This document shows, piece by piece, positions 29,025 to 37,504 of a DNA stretch of 64,000 nt (position 1 is the stretch's first letter; each line of letters opens with the position of its first letter). The notes under the pieces are model-generated. The model searched no databases. It worked only from the letters and a program-made list of their open reading frames with translations, and had not been told where the DNA came from. Location of the stretch: positions 1,888,001-1,952,000 of the forward strand of contig CBDFMQ010000002.1 of assembly GCA_965249725.1 (NCBI GenBank). Reading direction: 5' to 3'. The position numbers were made by a program, and so were the translations under genes. This DNA comes from Longimicrobiales bacterium (GTDB taxonomy: Bacteria > Gemmatimonadota > Gemmatimonadetes > Longimicrobiales > Gaopeijiaceae).

Positions 29025-30989
29025 TCACGGCAGCGCGAACACCAGGATATCGGAGTTGCCGGCAACCGCTACGAACTGCCGGCCCTCGACCATATACGTC
29101 ATTGGTGACGCCTTCCAGTTCTGGTTGGCCCGGAAGCGCCAAAGCGGCCGCCCCTCTGCAGCGTCCGCCGCCGCGAAGGCTCCGCTGTCGTCACCGTAGA
29201 AGACCAACCCGCCCGCGGTACTGAGCACTCCACCCCAGGTCTCGGCGCGTCCGACCTGTGGGATCTCCCAGACGATCTCGCCGGTGTCGACGTTGATCGC
29301 ACGCAGGTACTTCTTGCCCGACTCTCCCGGGACCAGCCGGTAAGATCCGCCGTAGAAGGACTCACCCTCCCGCCACCACTCGTCCGACTTCGTGTAGATG
29401 TTGCACCTTTCGAGAGCCATCACATAGAAGAGTCCCGTCGCGGGGCTGAACGCCGTCGACATCCAGTTGTTGGCGCCCTCAATGGCTGGACACACCTTCA
29501 CTCCCTCGTACGTGGGCTCGGCTCCGGGGAGTAGCACCGGCCGCCCATCCGATCCGATCTCGCTCGCCCAGGTCAAGCTGTCCACGAACGGCTCTGCCAG
29601 GAGCAACTCGCCGCTCAACCGATCCAGCACGTAGAAGAACCCGTTGCGGCTCGCCTGGGCGAGCAGCCTCCGTTCGGTACCGCCGAAGGGCGCGTCGATG
29701 AGCATGGGGGTCTGCTGGGCGTCCCAGTCGTGCACATCGTGCGGTGTGTACTGGAAATACCACGAGAGCGAGCCATCGTCGGGATCGAGTGCGAGCACGG
29801 AGCTCGAGTACAGGTTGTCGCCCAAGCGCTCGTCACCGTTGAAGTCGGGGCATGGGTTGCCGGTGGTCCAATAAAGCAGGTCGGCTGCGGGATCGTAGGT
29901 CCCGGTAAGCCACGCGGTCGCGCATCCGTGCTCCAGGGCCCGGCCGATCCACGTCTCCGAGAGCGGCTCGCCTGGAAGGGGAATCGTCCAGAAGCGCCAG
30001 AGCTCCCGACCTGTAGCGGCACTGTATGCCGCCAGGAAGCCACGCACCCCCTCGTCGCCGCCCGACGTTCCCGAGATCACCATGTCCTTGACCACCAGGG
30101 GGGCCGATGTGGCGCCGTAGTGCTCGCGGTGGTCGGCCATCTCCGTCTCCCAGATCAGGCCGCCGGTTCGCCGGTGCAGCGCGATCAAGTGAGCATCGTC
30201 GGTCGCCAGGAAGACGCGGTCGTCCAGCACCGCCACCCCACGGTTGATGCCGGCGTCTCCCGGGATGCCACGGGTGCGAGGCCGAGAGTAGTGCCAGATC
30301 TCCCTTCCAGTCGTGGCATCGAGGGCGAAGACCTGGTTGGCCGTCGTCGCGTACATGGTGCCATCCACCACGATCGGCGTGACCCGCAGGCGACTCGCGT
30401 TCCGTATGGGAAAGATCCACTCCACCGACAGGTCGACCACGTTGTTCACATCGATCTGATCGAGTGCGCTGTGCCGGTTCCCGTTCAGCCGGCCGTCGTA
30501 GGTGGGCCACTCTCCCGGTCGGGGATCAGCGATCTCGGCAAAGGGGATCGGCCGAGGTGGCTCGATCATCGCCGCTCGGTCCGCGACGACGGGCCTTTCG
30601 GCCGCCGCGGCCACGAGTGATCGCACGAACGTGACCAAGGTCTCCAGCTCGCTCGCATCGAGTGACGAGGCCGGCATGCCGCTCTCGGGGATCCCCACCT
30701 GGATCAAGGATCGAAGCGCCTCGGGTGCCGTCGCACCGACTCCATCGCTGCGAACGATGCTCGGGCCGAGCTCACCGCCCGCTCCGTCGCCCCCATGGCA
30801 CCTGACACACGATCCCTCAAAGATCCCACGGCCGGACCGCAGTCGGTCCGGCTCCGAAGGCTCCTGTGCACCGATCACTGCCTGGGGGAAGAAGCTAGCG
30901 AGCAATCCGAGCGTGACCGCTAAGGACGGGCCTGCGCGACCCGGCCCGCCGCCGAGGATTCGAAACCTTCGTTCGGGTCGATCGGGCAT
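29025..30989 (-). CDS. PQQ-dependent dehydrogenase with an N-terminal cytochrome c domain
   Basis: CVRCH heme motif; PQQ propeller repeats 'ALDATTGREIW', 'NRGVA', 'WTTGNP', 'TPHDVHDWD', 'ASPMTYMVEGRQFV'. Confidence 0.92.
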   Translation of the reverse strand: MPDRPERRFRILGGGPGRAGPSLAVTLGLLASFFPQAVIGAQEPSEPDRLRSGRGIFEGSCVRCHGGDGAGGELGPSIVRSDGVGATAPEALRSLIQVGIPESGMPASSLDASELETLVTFVRSLVAAAAERPVVADRAAMIEPPRPIPFAEIADPRPGEWPTYDGRLNGNRHSALDQIDVNNVVDLSVEWIFPIRNASRLRVTPIVVDGTMYATTANQVFALDATTGREIWHYSRPRTRGIPGDAGINRGVAVLDDRVFLATDDAHLIALHRRTGGLIWETEMADHREHYGATSAPLVVKDMVISGTSGGDEGVRGFLAAYSAATGRELWRFWTIPLPGEPLSETWIGRALEHGCATAWLTGTYDPAADLLYWTTGNPCPDFNGDERLGDNLYSSSVLALDPDDGSLSWYFQYTPHDVHDWDAQQTPMLIDAPFGGTERRLLAQASRNGFFYVLDRLSGELLLAEPFVDSLTWASEIGSDGRPVLLPGAEPTYEGVKVCPAIEGANNWMSTAFSPATGLFYVMALERCNIYTKSDEWWREGESFYGGSYRLVPGESGKKYLRAINVDTGEIVWEIPQVGRAETWGGVLSTAGGLVFYGDDSGAFAAADAAEGRPLWRFRANQNWKASPMTYMVEGRQFVAVAGNSDILVFALP

Positions 30990-31089
30990 TGGCCAGTCCT
31001 TAGTCTGGAGTCCGCTATGGCGGCGGTCGCACCGCTCGCCACATGGTGGGATCCATGTTAGCAGGGGAGTGCCCCCGATCGCACGGTTT

Positions 31090-31575
31090 TCAGTTGAGAT
31101 TGTCCCATTCTTGCTGGGTCGCGCGCTGACGCTGGTATTCCATGAGCATCAGCCACTTCCCGTTCTTCTTCACCAGGAGGGCATCGAAGTGAACTAGAGC
31201 AACCCTTTCAGTCCCACCGCTCGGGGTGTTGGCGTCGCGGAAGATCCCGGTCTCGTGCGCGGTGACCTCGTCGTGGAGTCGCTGAGTGAATCGAAACGCA
31301 ACACTAGCTGAAGCGCCTTCCTCTCGGTTGGCGGCGAACTCGGGCTCAGCACCGACCATGAAGGTCGAGTTCAGTTGGCTAGTCCCCGAGTTCATAGAGA
31401 CCAAGACTGCGTCTGGATGATAGAGCGCGCCGTACGCTTCGAAATCACCCTCCGCCACAGTACGGCTCAGGGCAGCCCAATAGGCGTCGAGCTCTGCCAC
31501 GACCTGGGCCTCAGCCGTGATTGGGACGAGTAGGATCGATGCGGCAAAGCCGAGTCGGATCAACAACGTTGGCAT
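31090..31575 (-). CDS. Secreted NTF2/SnoaL-like (DUF4440) protein
   Basis: Signal peptide, 'GDFEAYGALYHPDAVLV', 'LLVKKNGKWLM'. Confidence 0.8.
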   Translation of the reverse strand: MPTLLIRLGFAASILLVPITAEAQVVAELDAYWAALSRTVAEGDFEAYGALYHPDAVLVSMNSGTSQLNSTFMVGAEPEFAANREEGASASVAFRFTQRLHDEVTAHETGIFRDANTPSGGTERVALVHFDALLVKKNGKWLMLMEYQRQRATQQEWDNLN

Positions 31576-31963
31576 CGTCGGCCACCGTGGTGTCTCGAGG
31601 ATTGCTTCAGGATTGATCGGCCTCCCCATTAGCCGGGCTACACGGAAGGTCGGCTGCGTACGGAAAAGTGGTGGGAACGGCTGTTGCGCGCGAGCGTGCG
31701 TCTAGATCGTCAGGGCTCACCGAGGGCGCACCGCGTACCCCTCGCGTTGCTGCCTGTGCTGCTACGCCTTCTAACCCTCCGCATAACCCGTCTAGGCGTT
31801 GGCCGCTCTATTCGAGCTGGCTGCTCGTCGCGTAGCGGACCGTCGCAGCTGACGTGGCGCGGCGCGCTGTTTGGTATCATTCTGGCACGAACCTGGCCAG
31901 GGTCCCTCGGCTGGCCGACTAGCGCCGTACATAAGGACACCTCATCACGGGGGATCAGAGCAA

Positions 31964-33670
31964 ATGAAGACGTCGACCGCGATCAAATCCGCTTCGGCGG
32001 TGACGCTGCTGATACTCCTTTTGACGGCGTTCCAATGGCAGGCGGGAGGCGCACGTCTGGAGGGTATGCCGGACGGATCGGGCACTTACGATGACCTCGT
32101 TGCACTGTTTCAAGAATTCCTCGAGTGGACGAATCCGGCCAGGGCGTCGGGCAACGTCCCGAACCGGGACATCGCCGGCAGCGCGACCGACGTTTATCCC
32201 GACTACGGCGAGGCCGCCGTCGAGCGGCGTCTCGCAAAGATGCGGGACTTCCAGGCGCAGCTCGAAGACATGGCAGTCGTAGACTGGGAACTCGATCAAC
32301 AGGTCGACTATCTGGCAGTTCGTTCCCGATTCGATCAGCACGATTTCCTCTTGAATGTGTCCCGCCCCTGGTCGAGAGACCCCGGCTTCTATGTGGATCA
32401 GATGCTGCGCATCACGTTCGCGGATTTGCCATTGGACGACGATGAGACCACCGCACTCCGCACGCGCCTCGAGGCCATTTCCCTCTTGGTGGAGCAGGCA
32501 AAGAACAACCTCACGGAAGTAGCCGCCGACTACGCGGACCTCGCGATCTTCAATCTGACCAATGCCGACGGCGTGGGGCACGGTTACCCGTATCGAGCAA
32601 CGCCGCCGGCCGGCGTCATTGGCTGGTACGACGACTTCGGCGAGCGGGCGGACAGCCAGCAGCCCGATCTCCGCGCCGACATCGCCGCGGCCGGGGAATC
32701 CGTCCGCGACTTCCACGACTGGCTCGTTGCGCATCGCGGCGACATGACCGGAAAAGGCGGCGTGGGTCGGGAGATGTTCGACTGGTATCTGAAGCACGTG
32801 AAGCTCATGCCGTACGACGCGGATCAGATCGTCACGCTGGGCCTGGGGGAGCTGAATCGCCTCTGGAGCGTGTATGCGCTGGAGCAGCACCGAAACCGGC
32901 ACCTGCCGCCGATCGAGCTGCCGGCGTCGGCGGAGGAGTATGCGGCGCGGATCGACAGCACCGACACGCGGATCCGCAAGTTCCTGGTGGAGGAGGACAT
33001 CATCACCATCCCGGACTACGTTAAAGAGTTCGACACGAACGTGCCGTGGATCGTCCGTCCCGCCGGCCCCAACTTTTGGGAGCAGGTGCAGTTCCGTGAC
33101 CCGACGCCCGATCACGTGCACGCCGTCATCCCCGGGCATCGTTTCGACGGCCTGGTCGCACGGCATAACACGCATCCCATCCGCGGCAAGATCGCCAGCG
33201 GGGCGCGCGTCGAAGGCTGGGGTACCTATCTGGAAGAAGCCACCATGAACGCCGGCTTGCTCGATGACATGCCACGGGTCCGCGAACTCATCTACGTCTT
33301 CGGTATCTTCCGGGCCGCCAGGGTGCCGGCGGACGTGTGGCTCCAGCTCAACGAGATGACGGTGAACGAAGTCGTAGCGTGGTGGATGGAGCGCACCCCG
33401 TGGCTGGACGAGAACGTTGCGCGCGTCGACGCCGAGATTTACTTGCGCCGGCCGCCCGGCTACGGGCTGGGGTACGCGATCGGCATGCTGCAGATGCAGC
33501 AGCTCCTTGCCGATCGCAAGCGCCAGCTGGGCGACGATTTCGACCTCGAGGAGTTCCACGACACGTTCATGGCAGCCGGGCGACTCCCAATCTCGCTGAT
33601 CCGCTGGGAGATGACGGGTCTGGACGACGGGGTGCGGGATCTCTGGAAGCGGGAGCGGCTCGACTACTAG
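31964..33670 (+). CDS. DUF885 family protein
   Basis: 'HAVIPGH', 'VEGWGTYLE', 'PGYGLGYAIG', 'LGDDFDLEEFHD'. Confidence 0.85.
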   Translation: MKTSTAIKSASAVTLLILLLTAFQWQAGGARLEGMPDGSGTYDDLVALFQEFLEWTNPARASGNVPNRDIAGSATDVYPDYGEAAVERRLAKMRDFQAQLEDMAVVDWELDQQVDYLAVRSRFDQHDFLLNVSRPWSRDPGFYVDQMLRITFADLPLDDDETTALRTRLEAISLLVEQAKNNLTEVAADYADLAIFNLTNADGVGHGYPYRATPPAGVIGWYDDFGERADSQQPDLRADIAAAGESVRDFHDWLVAHRGDMTGKGGVGREMFDWYLKHVKLMPYDADQIVTLGLGELNRLWSVYALEQHRNRHLPPIELPASAEEYAARIDSTDTRIRKFLVEEDIITIPDYVKEFDTNVPWIVRPAGPNFWEQVQFRDPTPDHVHAVIPGHRFDGLVARHNTHPIRGKIASGARVEGWGTYLEEATMNAGLLDDMPRVRELIYVFGIFRAARVPADVWLQLNEMTVNEVVAWWMERTPWLDENVARVDAEIYLRRPPGYGLGYAIGMLQMQQLLADRKRQLGDDFDLEEFHDTFMAAGRLPISLIRWEMTGLDDGVRDLWKRERLDY

Positions 33671-33806
33671 GCAGGGCGTGCAGGCCTGCGGCGGAGTATG
33701 GCTAGACGCTGGCTTGATCTCGAACGTCCCGAAAAGTGTGCCACTCCCCCCGACACCATCCTAGAACCCCAGAATGACGCCCGATTTAGTGTGCCGATTA
33801 GTTACC

Positions 33807-33844
33807 GAATGGGGTGCATTTGTGGGGGCTTCAGTGGGTCGGGT
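33807..33844 (+). repeat. Degenerate att-like junction
   Basis: GAATGGGGTGCATTTGTGGGGGCTTCAGTGGGTCGGGT is similar to 37466-37503. Confidence 0.65.
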
Positions 33845-33855
33845 CCCGGGTTAGT

Positions 33856-35043
33856 TCAACGGGCGGCGACCAGGCCTGGCCGGCCGGCCGGAAGACCCGA
33901 TAGCACCTTACCCGACAGCACCGCCCCCAGGAGCAGGATCGGGACCGTCCATCCCGCGGTCGCGTCATGGAGGTAACCGAATACGGCGGGGCCGATGGCG
34001 GCCACGAAGTAGCCCACCGACTGGGCCATGCCCGACAGCTCGCCCGCGGACTCGGCGTCGGGCGCGCGAAGCACCAGCAGCGTCAGTGCCAGCCCGAAGG
34101 TGCCGCCCAGGATGAAGCCGAGCAGCGAGACCCAGAGGGCTGCGAGCATACCACCCGGCAGGAGCAAGCCGCCCAGTCCCACGGCCTCGAGAACGGCGAG
34201 GGTCCAGATGATCCGGCGCTGGTCGGCCAACGTTCCGGCCCAGACCGGTATGAGGGCGGTTCCCAGAATCCCAGTGACTTGAGAGAGGGCGAGCATCCAA
34301 CCGGCGGCGGCCTCGCTGAGACCGCGACTCTGCAGAAGGTCGGGGAGCCAAGCGATGATGACGTAGAACGTGAGGGACTGGAGTCCCATGTAGAGAGCCA
34401 CCTGCCAGGCCAGCCTCGAGCGCCCCAGGACCCGGAGCGTGACCCCACCCGGCCGCCGGACCTGTAGCGCCGGCCGGGGCCCGGAGAGTTGGACGAGCCA
34501 CACGAGCAGCGCGAACACGGCCGGGAGCACCCCAATGCCCAGTGCTCCACGCCAGCCGAAGACCGCCGCGAGCGGTACGCTCAGCCCCGCCGCGGCGGTC
34601 GCGCCGAGCCCCATCATGCTCGAGTACAGGCTGGTGATCGGCCCGGGGTGGGCCGGGAAGTCACGCTTCGCTAGCACCGGCAGCAGGACGTTCCCAAGCG
34701 CGACCCCGACGCCCATGAGACTTGTCCCGAGATAGAGTGCCACGACCGACTCCGCGGCCCGGAGCCCGGTGCCGACGGCCAAGAGCACGAGCGCGAGAGC
34801 CACCGTCCGCTCGACCCCCACCCGGCGACTCACGACCGAGGTGAACGGGGACACGCACCCAAAGGCCAGGAGAGGCAGGGTCGTTAGCAGCCCGAGCGCA
34901 GTGTTGGAGAGCCCCGTGGCGGGTCGCATGACGGAGACCAAGGGCCCGACACTGGCGATCGCGGAACGGAGGTTCAGCGCGACGAGGACGATGCCGACGA
35001 TCAGAAGCAATCGGCGTGGGGAGGAGGAGGGAGACGGAGTCAT
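33856..35043 (-). CDS. CynX/NimT-type MFS transporter
   Basis: 'ALNLRSAIASVGPL', 'LGLLTTLPLLAFG', 'LSGMAQSVGY'. Confidence 0.9.
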   Translation of the reverse strand: MTPSPSSSPRRLLLIVGIVLVALNLRSAIASVGPLVSVMRPATGLSNTALGLLTTLPLLAFGCVSPFTSVVSRRVGVERTVALALVLLAVGTGLRAAESVVALYLGTSLMGVGVALGNVLLPVLAKRDFPAHPGPITSLYSSMMGLGATAAAGLSVPLAAVFGWRGALGIGVLPAVFALLVWLVQLSGPRPALQVRRPGGVTLRVLGRSRLAWQVALYMGLQSLTFYVIIAWLPDLLQSRGLSEAAAGWMLALSQVTGILGTALIPVWAGTLADQRRIIWTLAVLEAVGLGGLLLPGGMLAALWVSLLGFILGGTFGLALTLLVLRAPDAESAGELSGMAQSVGYFVAAIGPAVFGYLHDATAGWTVPILLLGAVLSGKVLSGLPAGRPGLVAAR

Positions 35044-35177
35044 GGAAGGAAGGGTCCGCCGGCCTCCGGGTGTCTATGCGGTTTCTTACCGCCATTCGTA
35101 AACATATGGAGTCGCATGGGGTCCAGCCGCAAACAGCGGCAGGAAACAGTCCCGGAAGTCAGATCGGACACGGCGCG

Positions 35178-37118
35178 CTACCCCCCCGCCCTCCCCGACT
35201 TCAAATGCTCGTCGAAGAACTCCAGCATGTCGAGGAGCATTTGTCGCACGTTGTCCCGGTTGGAGACGTAGTAGTCCTCGTCGTAGTAGACCTTCGCCCG
35301 GTGGGGCTTGTAGTGGCGCTCGAGCTCAGCGACGTAGCGGGCGGAGCTGTCCGACGCGGGCCAGCGGCCTTCTCCCCAGATCACGAACTGGGGTGTGTTG
35401 ACCTGCTCCACCCAGAACTGCGGTGAGACGTATCGGTAGGTCTCCTCGTTGCCCTCGAGTGGTCCGAACTCGTCTTCCGCCTGCTTGATGTGGCGGAGCT
35501 CTTGCGTATGGTAGTAGTGGATTCGATCAGCCGTCCCTCCGTGTGGGATGGACGCCCGGAATACATCAGGCGCGAACGTCGCACCCGCCATGCTGAGGAG
35601 CCCACCGTGGCTCGTCCCTGTGATTCCCATGTTGTCGGGGTCCACGTAGGGGAGCGTCTTGAGGTACTCCACACCCGCAACCAGGTCGTCGAGATCGCAG
35701 TGAGCCCAGCAGCCGTCGTTCAGGTCCGCGAACTCCCGCCCGTAGCCCGCTCCTCCGCGGAAGTTCGGTGCCAGGACAGCGTAGCCCTGCTCGGCGAAGA
35801 ACTGCATCTGAGTCTGGTACGTGTCGATGTATTGGCCGGTGGGTCCCCCGTGCGCGAACACGATTCCCGGCAGACGCTCCCCTTCGCGGATCGTCCTCGG
35901 GCGGAACAGGTAGGCGTTGATCCTCAGGCCGTCGCTCTGGTATGTGACCTTCTCGGGCACGATGAGCGCGTCGCCCGCGTTGCCCCCGGGAGAGGAGTCG
36001 GTCAAGCGCCGCGGTTCGCGGCTGTCCACGTCGATCACGAACAGGTCGGCGGCCTCGGTAGGCGTCTGGAGGGTGTAGCTGATCCGCCTGCCGTCCGGAG
36101 ACCACTCGGGCGCGCGCACGACGCCCATCCCCGGATCGACGAGAACGTCGGAGCGCCCCCCGGACGCCGCCGCGACGCGCAAATCGAACGTGCCATTACG
36201 GTTCGTCACGTAGGCGATCCGGCGGCCGTCCGGCGACCAGCGCGCGTCGCTCTGGTCCCAGGACTCCGGCGCGATCGGTCGAGGCTCCCCTCCCTGGATC
36301 GGCACCGTGTAGTAGTTGATCCAGCCACTCCGCCAGGATCGGAACAGAACCGTGCTCCCGTCCGGCGAAACCCGAGGCGGCGAGAAGTTCGGCGTCCCGG
36401 ACGACGTGCTGTAGTCGAAGAAGTCGGTGTCACGCACTACGAGCCGCATCCCCGAGCCGTCGGCGTTCATGATCATGACGTCGTGGTCCACCCAGTGGTC
36501 GTCGACGACCACGTAGACGATGCTCCGCGAATCCGGCGTCCACGTCGGTCCGATCTCGTAGCGCTCGTCGTTGGTGAGCCTCTCCACCCGTCCGTCGGGC
36601 ACCGAGACCCGCCAGATGTCGTAGTTCCCCGCGCCCCCGCCGGTGAACGTGATCCATCGACCATCGGGCGACCAGCTCGTCGTCGTCATGCGAGCGCCGA
36701 GGTGTGTGAGGCGCACGTCGCGGCCGTCCACGGCCGACCAGAGCCAGAGGTCCGGCGCGCCGTCCTCGGATCCACGGTCCGAGACGTAGGAGACCCACTC
36801 TCCGGTCGGTGACCATCGCGGGTGCCGGGCGAGCTGGAACGGGACCCCCCCGATGTCCTCCGCCATGCGACGCGGGAAGCCGCCCTCGGCCGGCACGCTC
36901 CAGAGCCCTCCCCCGAGAAGGCCCGAGGCGAACATGATCTCTGTCCCATCCGGGGACCATCGGGGTGGCTCGCCCGACAGCACGGAGCGTATGGACTGCA
37001 CCCGATCGACCCACTCTTCGGCGGGAAAGCGCGGATGCTGGGCTTTCGCAGTCGCGGGAATGTAGAGGGGGATGAGGCAGAGGGGTGCCCATCGTGCCAA
37101 CGCTTGCCGTGAGATCAT
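35178..37118 (-). CDS. S9 family peptidase-like protein with PD40/TolB propeller
   Basis: Repeated 'WSPDG', 'HGGP', 'PNFRG..GYG', nucleophile elbow GTSHGG. Confidence 0.88.
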   Translation of the reverse strand: MISRQALARWAPLCLIPLYIPATAKAQHPRFPAEEWVDRVQSIRSVLSGEPPRWSPDGTEIMFASGLLGGGLWSVPAEGGFPRRMAEDIGGVPFQLARHPRWSPTGEWVSYVSDRGSEDGAPDLWLWSAVDGRDVRLTHLGARMTTTSWSPDGRWITFTGGGAGNYDIWRVSVPDGRVERLTNDERYEIGPTWTPDSRSIVYVVVDDHWVDHDVMIMNADGSGMRLVVRDTDFFDYSTSSGTPNFSPPRVSPDGSTVLFRSWRSGWINYYTVPIQGGEPRPIAPESWDQSDARWSPDGRRIAYVTNRNGTFDLRVAAASGGRSDVLVDPGMGVVRAPEWSPDGRRISYTLQTPTEAADLFVIDVDSREPRRLTDSSPGGNAGDALIVPEKVTYQSDGLRINAYLFRPRTIREGERLPGIVFAHGGPTGQYIDTYQTQMQFFAEQGYAVLAPNFRGGAGYGREFADLNDGCWAHCDLDDLVAGVEYLKTLPYVDPDNMGITGTSHGGLLSMAGATFAPDVFRASIPHGGTADRIHYYHTQELRHIKQAEDEFGPLEGNEETYRYVSPQFWVEQVNTPQFVIWGEGRWPASDSSARYVAELERHYKPHRAKVYYDEDYYVSNRDNVRQMLLDMLEFFDEHLKSGRAGG

Positions 37119-37319
37119 GGTGTCGGCCTCCTTCGAGACGTGGCGTAGAGGTGTGCCGCTGCCGGTGGCAACGCTCCTCGAGCGCATTCGGGCAGTGCAT
37201 TGAGGCGGGATAAGGCGTCAGACATGGCCGCAAGATGCGCCTAGGTCGTGTTGGGCCACAAGCGTTACAGGCCCCCGCCTCCGAGGACGACGCACCTGAC
37301 ACCCGACGGGGCGTCATCT

Positions 37320-37503
37320 GTGTCCGTTCGCGTGCCCATTGGGCCCGTTATTGTGCCTCCAAATGACGGCAGATTCCGGCATCCCTTCCGGCAAGAAACG
37401 GCAGATCGTGCGCCCTACCAGTGGTTTACACGGTTTCTTGCCGCCATTCGGCTAGTTGAAGGCTCGAATGGGGTTCACTTGTCCGTGCTTCAGTGGGTCG
37501 GGT
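37320..37503 (+). mobile_element. Element-end module and att-like core
   Basis: 111 nt (37367-37477) match 24204-24314 with about 5 mismatches, ending in the tRNA-Pro anticodon-loop core GAATGGGGTTCA. Confidence 0.82.
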
Positions 37504-37504
37504 G

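Noticed and set aside
31955..33559. Long antisense ORF (534 aa), and similar ones at 35490-36812, 39026-40066 and 58619-59905
   Set aside because: Shadow ORFs opposite well-supported genes, typical of high-GC DNA.
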